Origin: Thermoanaerobaculia bacterium
Lineage (GTDB): Bacteria; Acidobacteriota; Thermoanaerobaculia; UBA5066
DNA: 64,000 bases
Direction of reading: 5' to 3'
NCBI GenBank assembly: GCA_963746875.1
Contig: CAVVDA010000006.1
Location: 312,091 to 376,090, forward strand
A program made the position numbers and the translations under genes. Position 1 is the stretch's first letter. Each line of letters starts with the position of its first letter. The notes beneath the pieces were generated by a model, which was not told where the DNA came from, did no database searches, and was given only the letters and a program-made list of their open reading frames with translations. Positions 51,938 to 62,242 of this stretch are shown here, piece by piece.

Positions 51938-53367
51938 ATGTCAGAGAACATCCGCACGACACGTGTTGTTCGAGTGTCGGGCTTCTGCCTGGCAGCCGCC
52001 GTCCTGGCGACCGCCGGAACGAGCGTCCTGGATCGCCTCCGGCGAGAGCAGAGCACGATTTCCTCGAGCCGTTCGTGAACCCGACGGGAGCGGCCCAGAC
52101 CTTCTCGACCGCGGGACACATCGACATGGACAACCCCTTCTTCCAGGACCTGGGCACGAACGGGCGTACGTGCTTCACCTGCCATCGCCCCGAGAGCGGT
52201 TGGACGATCACGCCGGCGGGCGTGCGCGAGCGATTCGAGGCCACCGCCGGGCTCGACCCGATCTTCCGCACGAACGACGGCTCCAACTCGCCGAATGCCG
52301 ACGTCGTGACGGTCGAGGCACGTCGAAGCGCCTACAGCATGCTCCTCTCCAAGGGTCTCATCCGGGTCGGCATCGGCATTCCGGCCGACGCCGAGTTCAC
52401 GCTCGACGCGGTGGACGATCCTTACGGGTTCGCGAGCAGCCACGAGCTCTCGCTCTTCCGGCGCCCTCCCCCTTCCACGAATCTCGCTTTCCTCAGCACG
52501 GTCATGCTCGATGGCCGTGAGACGTTCCCCGGGCAGACGATCGCCTTCGACCTCTCTGACCAGGCGAATGGCGCCACGATGGGACACGCCCAGGCGAGCG
52601 TCCCGCTCTCGACCGAGCAGCGGGAGCAGATCGTCGCCTTCGAGACGGGGCTGTTCACGGCCCAGGTCTACGACGTCGCCGCCGGAGATCTCAGGAGTCA
52701 GGGGGCGAGGGGCGGACCGAAGGCTCTCTCGAAGCAGGATTTCTACATCGGGATCAACGACCCGCTGGGACTGAATCCCAAGGGAATCCCGTTCAGCCCG
52801 GTCATCTTCACGAACTTCGCGGCCTGGGCCAGGCTCCAGAGCAGCCATGGCGACGACGCCGAAGGGCGAGGAGAGGACCAGGGACGGACGGCGGCGCGGC
52901 TGGCGGTGGCGCGGGGCGAGGAGCTGTTCAACAGCAAGCGGATCGACATCACGGGAGTCAAGGGCCTCAACGACGACCTGGGCGTCGTGAGCATCCCGGG
53001 CACGTGCGGCACGTGTCACGACTCGCCGAACGTCGGCAATCACTCGGTGGCGGCGCCGCTCGACATCGGCCTCACCGACGCCTCGCGCCGGACGCCCGAC
53101 CTGCCCCTCTACACCTTGAAGAACAAGTCTACGGGACAGACCGTTCAGACGACCGATCCCGGGCGAGCCCTCGTCACGGGCAAGTGGAAGCACATCGGCC
53201 GGTTCAAGGGACCGATCCTGCGCGGCCTCGCGGCCCGCGCGCCCTACTTCCACAATGGCTCGGCCGCCACGCTCGCCGACGCGGTCCGGTTCTACAACGA
53301 CCGCTTCGGCATCGGCCTGACCGAAGCGGAGATCTCGGACCTCGCCGCGTTCCTCCGGGTCCAGTGA
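51938..53367 (+). CDS. Di-heme cytochrome c of the bCcP/MauG superfamily, indel near the N-terminus
   Basis: RBS GGAGG, signal-like N-terminus, CFTCH and CGTCH, ARGEELF, DPGRA and FKGPILRGLAARAPYFHNGS. Confidence 0.8.
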
Positions 53368-53462
53368 GGGAACGGAATCGCGATCTGTCAACTGCCATGC
53401 TTCTGCTATAAACGCCGTGTGGGCGGATCCCGGCCGAGGGCGCGAACGGCAACGGATTGAGG

Positions 53463-54443
53463 ATGCCCGAGCCGCGCTGGTACTTGCTGATCCACCAGCT
53501 TCCGCCGAAGCCGCTCTACCTGCGCGCGAAGATACGGCAGCGCCTGGTGAAGGTCGGGAGCGTCGCGCTGAAGAACTCCGTCTACGTCCTTCCATGCACG
53601 GACGAGTGCCTCGAGGACCTCCAGTGGATCGTCGAGGAAGCGGTCGCCGGAGGCGGCGAGGCGTTCATCTGCGAGGCCCGTTTCGTGGCCGGAACCTCGA
53701 ACGAGGCGCTCGTGAACCTCTTCAAGGGCGAGCGACAGGCCGACTACGCGGCGCTCACCGGGGAGATCCGTGAAGGTCTCGGCACCCTGAAGCGCCGGAG
53801 CGGGATGAACCCGCCGGAACAGGACATGGCGGTACGGCTCGGCCGCTTTCGGAAGAGGCTGGACGAGATCAGGGCGATCGACTTCTTCCCGGCGCCCGGG
53901 CGGCGGGAGAGCGAGGCCGCGCTTCGAACTCTGGAGGGCCGTCTCCAGCCGCGGACCCGGGAGGGCGCGGCGGGCAAGAGGAAGCACCGGGGCCTCCTGG
54001 GCCGCATCTGGGTGACGCGCCGCGGAATCCAGATCGATCGCATCGCGTCCGCATGGCTCGTCCGCCGCTTCATCGACCCGAAAGCGCGCTTCCGTTTCGT
54101 CGATCCCAAGGCGGCGGAGGCCGCGCCGGGTGAGGTCCGCTTCGACATGCTGCCCGGCGACTTCACGCACGAAGGCGACCGCTGCACGTTCGAGACTCTC
54201 GTCGCGAAGACGGGCATCGCCGACCCCGCCGTCTCGCAGATCGCACAGATCGTCCACGACGTCGACCTGAAGGACTCCAAGTATGGACGCGCCGACGCTC
54301 CCGGAATCCAGCGCCTGCTGCTCGGCCTCGCACTCTCCCATCCGAAGGACGAGGACCGGCTGGAACACGGGTTCGCCCTCTTCGACGATCTGTACCGGTC
54401 CTTCTCCCGGGGGGCTGGAGCGAAGGGAACTCGCCGGCGCTGA
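53463..54443 (+). CDS. chrB: ChrB-domain protein (chromate resistance regulator family)
   Basis: WYLLIHQLP, WVTRR..IDRIASAWLVRRFIDP and FTHEGDRCTFE. Confidence 0.85.
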   Translation: MPEPRWYLLIHQLPPKPLYLRAKIRQRLVKVGSVALKNSVYVLPCTDECLEDLQWIVEEAVAGGGEAFICEARFVAGTSNEALVNLFKGERQADYAALTGEIREGLGTLKRRSGMNPPEQDMAVRLGRFRKRLDEIRAIDFFPAPGRRESEAALRTLEGRLQPRTREGAAGKRKHRGLLGRIWVTRRGIQIDRIASAWLVRRFIDPKARFRFVDPKAAEAAPGEVRFDMLPGDFTHEGDRCTFETLVAKTGIADPAVSQIAQIVHDVDLKDSKYGRADAPGIQRLLLGLALSHPKDEDRLEHGFALFDDLYRSFSRGAGAKGTRRR

Positions 54444-54484
54444 AACGGGTACGCAGATTGCGTGGACACCCAGGGGAGGTCCAC

Positions 54485-55456
54485 ATGGAAGATCTGACAA
54501 AAATGACTGAAGAACTGCCTCGGATGGCGCCGCGAAGCTCGAAAGGGATTGGGGCGATCGCGGTCGCCTGCGCCCTCGGAGTCGTTTTCGCGACCGGAGG
54601 CTGCTCGTGGAAGCAGGAGCGCGACCAGCTCCGTGCCGAGAAGATACAGCTCAACGGCGAGAAACAGCAGCTTGCGGACAAGCTGCAATCCCTCGAGTCC
54701 CAATCGACGGAAGCGAACGCGACGTTGGACGAGGTGCAAAAAGGCCTCGAAGAGATCCGCGCCAAGGAGCTGAAGGTCATCCAGTCCTCCATCCAGGTGG
54801 CGCAGGAGGGCCAGGGGAAGTCAGCGGGGCGCGAGCGCCTCCAGGCGGAGCTTCAGATGATCCGGGATGCCGTCCATCGGAACCTGGAGAAGCTGGCCCG
54901 ACTCGAGAAGACCAACAAGGCAAACGGCGTGAGGGTCGCATCGCTCGAGAAGCTCGCGGACGAGCTGAAACGGTCGCTCGAGGAGAAGGCGGCGACGGTC
55001 ACCGAGCTGGAGGGCAGAGTCGGCGATCTCTCGAAGACGGTCGAGTCGCAGGCGACGACTCTCGCGGAGAGGGAAGACACGATCCACAAGGGCGAAACGG
55101 AGATCGCGCAGAAGACGAAGGAGCTCAACACGGCTTACGTGGCCGTCGCCTCGAAGAACGTCCTGAAGCAGAAGGGCGTGGTCGAGAAGAGAGGCGCGGT
55201 CGCGGGCCTTGGCGGCCGGTGGATCGAGACCGGCAAGTTCGATCCCGAGGTCTTCCACGAGATCGACGTCACGAAGGACATGGAAGTCGAGATTCCCGCG
55301 CCCAAGGGCAAGGTGCAGGTCGTTACGGCGCAGCCGAAGGGGAGCTACGAGATCGTGGACGGCGGACCGAACTCGAAGTCCTCGAAGCTCGCGGTCAAGG
55401 ACCCCTCCGCGTTCTGGAAGGGCGACCGCTACCTCGTCGTGATGATTCCCGACTGA
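54485..55456 (+). CDS. Coiled-coil lipoprotein of unknown function
   Basis: RBS GGAGG, hydrophobic segment ending GGC, long heptad region, globular C-terminus (NTAYV..LKQKGV..FW). Confidence 0.7.
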   Translation: MEDLTKMTEELPRMAPRSSKGIGAIAVACALGVVFATGGCSWKQERDQLRAEKIQLNGEKQQLADKLQSLESQSTEANATLDEVQKGLEEIRAKELKVIQSSIQVAQEGQGKSAGRERLQAELQMIRDAVHRNLEKLARLEKTNKANGVRVASLEKLADELKRSLEEKAATVTELEGRVGDLSKTVESQATTLAEREDTIHKGETEIAQKTKELNTAYVAVASKNVLKQKGVVEKRGAVAGLGGRWIETGKFDPEVFHEIDVTKDMEVEIPAPKGKVQVVTAQPKGSYEIVDGGPNSKSSKLAVKDPSAFWKGDRYLVVMIPD

Positions 55457-55502
55457 GGGCTCTTGTCGGGCCGCCGTCCGTCAGGCGGCGGCCCGCCCTT
55501 CT

Positions 55503-56033
55503 TCAGTCGAACCGGTTCTCGTCCGCGGAGGGGCCGTAGATCGCCGGGACGGGGACCTCGTTGAGGCGCAGATAGACGGTCAGCTGGCCCCGGTGGTGCG
55601 CGAGGTGCATGAACGTGTCGCGTACCACGACGTAACGCGGCTCCTCGCTCACGACGCGTCCGGAGACGAGCAGCCGCCACGGCTTCAAGAGACGCTCTTC
55701 CGTCGCCTTCGACAGTGCCACGCGCGCTTCGGCGACGCCCTCGTCATGAGCCCTCACGAGCTCGGCGGCCGTGCGCAGCGGACGCTGGTCCACGTTCGAG
55801 CCGCCGGGAGGATTCAGGTCGAGCTCGTCCTTGCCGAGGATGAGGCCGAACCAGGTCGGCATCCTGGCGACGAGCATCGCCAGCCGTCCGAGGGGCATCG
55901 ACTTCTCGTGGGGCTTCCAGTCATCGCGCCCCGAGGGCACTCGCTCGAGCGCGCGACGCGTACGGTCGGCCTCCGCCTCGAGCTGGGCCGCGAAGAGCTC
56001 CGTCGTGTTCATGATGCGTTCGGTCGTTTTCAA
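55503..56033 (-). CDS. DinB-family protein
   Basis: WKPHEKSM and HLAHHRGQLTVYLRL..VPAIYGPSADE. Confidence 0.9.
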   Translation of the reverse strand: MKTTERIMNTTELFAAQLEAEADRTRRALERVPSGRDDWKPHEKSMPLGRLAMLVARMPTWFGLILGKDELDLNPPGGSNVDQRPLRTAAELVRAHDEGVAEARVALSKATEERLLKPWRLLVSGRVVSEEPRYVVVRDTFMHLAHHRGQLTVYLRLNEVPVPAIYGPSADENRFD

Positions 56034-56077
56034 GCGTCACCTCCGGGATTTCGTTGCTTCGACTCGAGTACGTTCGT

Positions 56078-59000
56078 TCACGAGGAGGCGGGTGTGAGTG
56101 CGGGAACGTCCGCCCCCGGCTCGCGCTCCGTTTCCGCCGCCTCGGCCTTGTGCGTCCGCGCCACGAGCACGTAGATCGACGGCACGACGAAGAGCGTGAA
56201 CGCGCTGCCGATGATCATGCCGCTGACGAGCATGATGCCGATGGAGTTGCGCGCGCCGGCTCCCGGACCTCGCGCGAAGACGAGCGGGAGGTGGCCCATG
56301 ACGGTCGCCGCGGTCGTCATGAGGATCGGCCTGAGCCGGGTGCTCGCCGCCTCGATGACCGCGTTCACCTTCTGTTTTCCAGTCTCCTGGAGCTTGTTCG
56401 CGAACTCCACGATGAGGATCCCGTTCTTCGACACGAGACCGACCAGCGTGATCAGCCCGACCTGGCTGAAGATGTTCAGGGTCGTGAGCCCGAGGAAAGA
56501 GAACAGCAGGGCTCCCGAGAGGGCGAGCGGAACCGACCCCGCGAGGATGATGAACGGGTCGCGGAAGCTCTCGAACTGCGCCGCGAGCACGAGATAGATC
56601 AGGATCCCAGAGAGCAGAAAAGTGCCGAGGAACTTTCCCCCCTCGGTGCGAAGCTGTCGCGATTCGCCGGCGTAGTCGATCGTGAAGCCCTTCGGCAGGG
56701 TCCGGCCGGCCTCGTCCTCGAGGACCTTGAGGGCGCTGTCCAGCGAGACTCCCGGCGGGATGACGCCCTGGATTCGGACGGCGTTGAGCTGCTGGAACCT
56801 CTTCAGCTCCCGGGGCTCGGTCGTGGACTTCAGCGTCGCGAAGGTCGACAGCGGCACGAGCTTGTTGTCCGCGCCGGTGACGTAGACCTGCCGGAGCTGC
56901 TCGGGCGTCAGCCGCTCGGCGCGCTTGAGCTGCGGAATGACCTTGTAGCTGCGTCCCTGAATGCTGAAGCGGTTCACGTAGTCGCCGCCGAGAAGAGTCG
57001 AGAGGTCCCGGCCGGCCTGGCTCAGATTCACGCCCTGCGCCCTCAGCTTGTCGCGGTCGAAGACGACTTCGGCCTGCGGCTGGTCGAACTTCAGGTCCGC
57101 GTCGGCGAACATGAAGAGGCCGCTCTGAAATGCCTTTCCGACGAGCTTGTTCGCGAACTCCGTCAGCCGCGCCGGCTCGGCGGTCGAAGCGATGACGAGG
57201 TCCACGGGGTAGTCCCCGCCGCCCGGCAGCGCGGGCGGGGTGAGCGAGATGACCCGCACGCCGGGGATCTTCGAGAGCTGCGCCGCGGACTCCATTTGAA
57301 GCTGCTCGGTGCCCTTCTTCCTCGCGCTCCAGGGCTTCGTGACCATGCCGCCGAAACCGCCCGCCGGGGACGTGATCTGGAAGATGCTCTCGCTCTCGGG
57401 AAACGACCTGTAGACATCGTGAACCTGCGACGCGAACAGCTTCGTCTGGTCGATCGTCGCGTTCGGCGCCGCCTGGATGATCCCGAAGACGACGCTCTGG
57501 TCCTCCTTCGGCGCCAGCTCCTTCTGCGAGAACAGGTAGAAGGGGACGATCAGCACGGCCACGACGGCCCACAGGACGAAGACGACGGGCCGGTAGTTCA
57601 GCGTCCCCGTCAGCAGACGCGCATACGTGCGGCGGACCCAGTCGAAGTGCCGGTTGATCATTCCGGCGAAACCGCGCTCGGAAGCGCCGGCCTTGAGGAG
57701 CTTGCTTCCCATCATCGGCGAAAGGGTGAGCGCCACGACGCCGGAGACGATCACCGCGCCCGCGAGGGTGAACGCGAACTCCCGGAAGAGCGCGCCGGTC
57801 AGCCCGCCCTGGATCCCGATGGGCGCGTACACGGCCGCGAGCGTGATCGTCATGGCGATGATCGGTCCGACCAGCTCCCGGGCCGCGCGGATCGCCGCGT
57901 CGAACGGACGTTCGCCCAGATGGAGGTGCCGTTCCATGTTCTCCACCATGACGATGGCGTCGTCCACGACGAGGCCGACCGAAAGCACGATGGCGAGGAG
58001 CGTCAGCAGGTTGATCGTGAAGCCGGCCACGAGCATCAGAAAGACCGCTCCGACGAGCGAAACGGGAATCGCGACGACCGGGATGAGCACGGAACGGAAC
58101 GAGCCCAGGAAGAGAAAGATGACGACGATGACGATGAGGAGCGTTTCCGAGAGGGTCTTGAGGACTTCGTCGATGGCGTCCTGGATGTACGCCGTCGAGT
58201 CGTACGGGATCCCGACCTTCATCCCCGTGGGAAGCTGCGACTGGATGTCGGGGATCGCCTCGCGCACCTTCCTGATCACGTCGAGGGCGTTCGCGGTCGG
58301 CAGCACCCAGACTCCCATGAAGGTGGCGCTCTGGCCGTTGAAGCGGACGTCCGACTCGTAGTCCTCGGCGCCGAGCACGACGTCGGCGATCTCGCCGAGC
58401 CTCACGACGACGCCTTTTCCCTCCTTCACGACGAGGTTGCGGAACTCCTCGGCCGTCTGGAGGTTCGTGTTCGCGACCATGTTCACGGACACCATGGAGC
58501 CCTTGGTCCGTCCGAGAGCCGCCAGGGCGTTGTTGTTCGCCAGCGCCTCCCGGACCTGGGACGGCGACAGGCCGAGCGCGGCCATTCTTTCGGGCTTGAG
58601 CCAGATCCGCATCGCGAAGGTGCGGCTGCCGAGGATGTCCGCGCGCTGCACGCCGCTGATGGCGGAGAGCTTCGGCTGAACGACGCGCGTCAGGTAGTCG
58701 GTGATCTGGTTCTGGTCCAGGTCCGCCGAGGAGAACCCGATGTACATGGCGGCGAACTGCGCGTCGGCGGTCTCGAGCTCGATCACGGGCGCCTGCGACT
58801 CCGGGGGGAGATCGTTCCTGACCTGGGCGACCTTCGCCTGGATCTGGGTGAGGGCGGCGTTCGTGTCGTAGTTCAGCTTCAGGTGCACGGTGATCGTGCT
58901 GACGCCCTGCGCGCTCGAGGATTCCAGGTAGTCGATGCCGTCCGCGCTCGCGATCACGCGCTCGAGGGGCGTCGTGATGAAGCCGCGCACGAGATCGGCG

Positions 59001-59164
59001 TTCGCGCCGACGTACGCGGTCGAGACCTTCACGACCGCGATGTCGCTGCGCGGAAACTGCCTCACGGACAGGGAGCGGATCGCCTGCAGTCCGGCGATGA
59101 AGATGACGAGGCTGACGACGGTCGCCAGAACCGGCCGTCGGATGAAGACGTCGGTGAATTTCAT
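56078..59164 (-). CDS. RND efflux permease (AcrB family, MexW/MexI-like)
   Basis: MKFTDVFIRRPVLA, GLVVDDAIV, SKNGILIVEFAN and RLRPILMT. About 1028 aa. Confidence 0.95.
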   Translation of the reverse strand: MKFTDVFIRRPVLATVVSLVIFIAGLQAIRSLSVRQFPRSDIAVVKVSTAYVGANADLVRGFITTPLERVIASADGIDYLESSSAQGVSTITVHLKLNYDTNAALTQIQAKVAQVRNDLPPESQAPVIELETADAQFAAMYIGFSSADLDQNQITDYLTRVVQPKLSAISGVQRADILGSRTFAMRIWLKPERMAALGLSPSQVREALANNNALAALGRTKGSMVSVNMVANTNLQTAEEFRNLVVKEGKGVVVRLGEIADVVLGAEDYESDVRFNGQSATFMGVWVLPTANALDVIRKVREAIPDIQSQLPTGMKVGIPYDSTAYIQDAIDEVLKTLSETLLIVIVVIFLFLGSFRSVLIPVVAIPVSLVGAVFLMLVAGFTINLLTLLAIVLSVGLVVDDAIVMVENMERHLHLGERPFDAAIRAARELVGPIIAMTITLAAVYAPIGIQGGLTGALFREFAFTLAGAVIVSGVVALTLSPMMGSKLLKAGASERGFAGMINRHFDWVRRTYARLLTGTLNYRPVVFVLWAVVAVLIVPFYLFSQKELAPKEDQSVVFGIIQAAPNATIDQTKLFASQVHDVYRSFPESESIFQITSPAGGFGGMVTKPWSARKKGTEQLQMESAAQLSKIPGVRVISLTPPALPGGGDYPVDLVIASTAEPARLTEFANKLVGKAFQSGLFMFADADLKFDQPQAEVVFDRDKLRAQGVNLSQAGRDLSTLLGGDYVNRFSIQGRSYKVIPQLKRAERLTPEQLRQVYVTGADNKLVPLSTFATLKSTTEPRELKRFQQLNAVRIQGVIPPGVSLDSALKVLEDEAGRTLPKGFTIDYAGESRQLRTEGGKFLGTFLLSGILIYLVLAAQFESFRDPFIILAGSVPLALSGALLFSFLGLTTLNIFSQVGLITLVGLVSKNGILIVEFANKLQETGKQKVNAVIEAASTRLRPILMTTAATVMGHLPLVFARGPGAGARNSIGIMLVSGMIIGSAFTLFVVPSIYVLVARTHKAEAAETEREPGADVPALTPASS

Positions 59165-60298
59165 CAGCTGTCCTCGGGCTTGGGTGCCGGGTTGTTCGCG
59201 GGCTGGATCTTGTTGTTCACCTGGACGGCGGCGCCGTTGCGGAGCTTGAAGACACCGGAGGTCACGACTTCCTGTCCGTCCTTGAGGCCCGAGACGACGG
59301 CGACCTGATCGCCGCGCGAGCCTCCGAGCTTCACGAACTGCTGCTGGACGCCCTTGAAAGTCGCCCCGCCCGGACCCTTCATTTCCGCGACGACGAAGAC
59401 GGAGTCGCCGTACGGCGCGTAGCTGATCGCGGAAGCCGGAAGCGCGACGAGCTTGTTGGTCGTGCCGAGGAGCGCCTCGGCCTCCACGAACATCCCCGGC
59501 CGAAGCTTCCCGTTCGGGTTCGCGAACGTGGCCTGGACCTGGACGTTCCGCGTCGCCTCGTCCACGACCGAGTCGACGGCCGTCACCTTCCCCATGAGCT
59601 CGCCCGGCGGGCCTGCCGACCCCTGGGCCCTGACGCGCACGCCCGCGCCGCGCTGGACGCGGGCCACTTCCTGCTGCGGGATGGAGAAGTTCACGTAGAT
59701 CGGATCGAGGGATTGGAGGGGCACGATCTTTTCGCCGGCAGCCAGGTACTGCCCGAGGTTCGCCTGGCGGATTCCGAGAATCCCCGAGAACGGCGCGCGA
59801 ATCGTCTTCCGTTCGATCGTGGCCCGGATCTCGCCGACGCGGGCCTCGGCCTGAGACTGGTCCGCGGCGGCTTTGTCGTAGTCCGCTTCGGCGACGACGC
59901 CTTTGTCTCTCAGCCCGCCGCAGCCGCTCGAAGCTCAGGCGCGCGAGTTTGAGCTGCGCCTCGGCGGCGGCAAGCTGCGCCTGCTCCTGCCGCGTGTCCA
60001 GACGTACGAGGACGGCCCCCTGGCGCACCGCCTTTCCGGACTCGAAGTCGATCTGGTCGACGATCCCGGGAAGGTCCGCGCTGACCGTCACACCGTGGAC
60101 CGCGACGGCGGTCCCGATTGCGGTCAGGTTCGCCGGCCACTCTTCGCTCTTGGCCACGATCGTCGTCACCGCCTCGGGAGGCGGCTGGAAGGACGAGTTC
60201 TTCGCGATGGCCGCGCGAACCTGCCGGAACTTCAGCGTGCCGATCGCCACGATGAAGACGGCCACGACGAGCAACATCAGGGTCATCCGCTTTTTCAT
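59164..60298 (-). CDS. RND membrane-fusion (adaptor) protein, one indel near 59920
   Basis: N-terminal anchor, lipoyl-like G.V..I.FESG, IRAPFSGILG, LRPGMF and GLKDGQEVV. Confidence 0.9.
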
Positions 60299-60627
60299 GA
60301 GTCGGGACCTCCCGTTCTGGAGGAGTGCTACAGAACTCATGCCATGAAGGCTCCCGGGCGAGAATGCGATTGAGATTCAACGTGGAGAACGACTTAACGG
60401 GAACGCGAGAGCTCCCGCCGCGAATTTCGCCCCGTTTGCTCGCAGATTTTTCAGCGGGGTGTCCGGAAATCGACGCCCGGACGGACCCGGCCGCCGTTCG
60501 GCTGAAAGACGGCGTCAAGATTCCCGGCACGAGCGAAATTCAAATTTCCGGTCGAAGCGGCTTGGCAATGGCGAGCGCGACCGAAAATAATCGCTTGCAC
60601 CTAGACAATCATCGAAGGAGTGAAAGC

Positions 60628-61074
60628 ATGAAACCCACGCCTCCCGGCTGGCCCCGCATGTCCGCCTCTCTCTGGTACCCGGACGCCGCCGCCGCGATCG
60701 ACTGGCTGTGCCGCGCGTTCGGCTTCGAGGTCCGCCTGAAGGTCGAAGGCGACGGAGGGCGCATCGATCACTCCGAGCTGGTCTACGGCGAGGCCGTCAT
60801 CATGACCGGCGACCTCGCCGGCAAGAGCGAGAGGTTCCCCTTCATGCGGACCCCCGCGCAGGTCGGCGGCGGGAACACGATGAACCTGATGATCTACGTC
60901 GACGACGCCGAGGCGCATTGCGAGAGGGCGCGGGCCGCCGGCGCGAAGATAGTCGTCGAGCCGAAGACGACGGATTACGGCGCGGACTACTGGGCGGACC
61001 GTGGCTACGAGTGCGTGGACCCGGGCGGCCATCACTGGTGGTTCTATCAGCGCCTCAGAAACCCGAAGTCGTGA
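60628..61074 (+). CDS. VOC/glyoxalase-family protein
   Basis: RBS AAGGAG, AAIDWLCRAFGF, HSEL, ARAAGAKI and DPGGHHW. Confidence 0.9.
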   Translation: MKPTPPGWPRMSASLWYPDAAAAIDWLCRAFGFEVRLKVEGDGGRIDHSELVYGEAVIMTGDLAGKSERFPFMRTPAQVGGGNTMNLMIYVDDAEAHCERARAAGAKIVVEPKTTDYGADYWADRGYECVDPGGHHWWFYQRLRNPKS

Positions 61075-61105
61075 CGCCGGCGTTCCATTCCCGGCGCTTC
61101 CCTTC

Positions 61106-62156
61106 TCACAGGATCAATTCCGGGTTCGGATTGCGCCCGAAAGGCGTGGAACCGAGACGCAGCGCCGAGCACGCACAGGCCCAGAGAGCCTCGGGCGGAG
61201 GGGCATCGGACGGCGGCGAGCCGTCGGGACGCTGCGGCCCGGCTGTGCCCGTCTTCACGTACCTGCCGATGACGGTCGCCGTGCCTCCCGGCTCGTGATC
61301 CGACTTCGGCACCGTGCGGCTGAACTCGCCCACGAGCAGGGTTACGACGTTCCGGCCCGGCAGAGCGAGGACGCGGTCGAGGAACGTGGCGAGGGACGGC
61401 GTGACCGGCGCCATGATCGCGCGCGCCTCGACGCCGGCGTCGTCCTCGTGCGTGTCGAACTGGCGATCGGCTCGCCCCGTGTACGCGGGTTGCGCGAAGA
61501 CGACGCTCGCGCCGGCACGAACCAGCATTTCGACGGCGGCGAAGGTCGCGCGCTGGTCGCGAACCGCCGTGGCGTCCTCGGACACTCCATACGCCCTGCG
61601 CACGTCGCGGTCGTGCTCGGCTGAAGACCGCAGTCCGATCTCGCCGAAGTCGACGATGCGCTCGAATGCGGCGCCTCCCTCGGCGGCCGGATTCGGATCG
61701 ACGCCCTTCGGAAGACCGAGGTCGTTGACGACCGCGCAACGGACGGGGTGGCCAGGCATCGCGGCAGCCGCGCGGAGAAGCCGGCTGCGCGATCCCGATT
61801 GCAGCACGGCCGCGCGAGCGTGTTCGTGCGGGCGGACGATGTCGTGCCGGAAGTTGATCGAAGCCATGTGCCTGCGCGCCTCGAGGGGAAGCGCGCCCAG
61901 CGACCCGGAGTCGACGTAGAGACCGTTCCCGAGGAAACTCGTGTTGCCGGCCGTCACGCCGAAAGCTCCGCTCCTCAGGAAGGAATCCGCGCTGTTGAAG
62001 AGGCCCGCCGGGCCCCCGTTGAGCCACAGCACGACGAGTGTCGGACGCTCCGCCGGCGAAGCGCGTCGCCGGCAGCCGCTCACCGAGCGCGAGCGCCCCC
62101 GCGAAGGTGGCCCCTCTCTTCAGCACGGTCCGCCGTGTCATCGGTCGATTCGTCAT
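61106..62156 (-). CDS. Tat-exported DUF1501-like protein, indel near the N-terminus
   Basis: TRRTVLK, LVVLWLNGG, FDTH, VGEFSRT and DH..GG. Confidence 0.65.
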
Positions 62157-62227
62157 GGCTGCCTCCCCCGGAAGGCAATCTGGGTTCTTCTCGATGAGAA
62201 GTCCAAGAGATTGATCCTATGGGAGTG

Positions 62228-62242
62228 ATAATCAGCTCTTAT
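62228..62242. promoter_or_regulatory. LysR box (T-N11-A) overlapping the lysR start
   Basis: ATAATCAGCTCTTAT (ATA-N9-TAT) in the divergent spacer. Confidence 0.5.

Noticed and set aside
56054-59308. 1084-aa plus-strand ORF
   Set aside because: Antisense shadow of the RND permease.
56078-60298. RND pump without an outer-membrane factor as a novelty
   Set aside because: Two-gene RND operons that borrow a TolC-like channel are common.
56078-60340. 1420-aa apparent MFP-RND fusion
   Set aside because: An indel near 59920 shifts the MFP into the permease frame. The true MFP C-terminus is in ORF 59164-59724 with its own stop.
60329-60344. Possible sigma-54 promoter (TGGCATGAGTTCTGTA, minus strand) before the RND operon
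   Set aside because: The -12 element is non-consensus and there is no supporting activator or site nearby.
215-62156. Frameshifted genes as pseudogenes or programmed frameshifts
   Set aside because: Too widespread, they affect conserved housekeeping genes, and they show no consistent slippery motif or nonsense decay.
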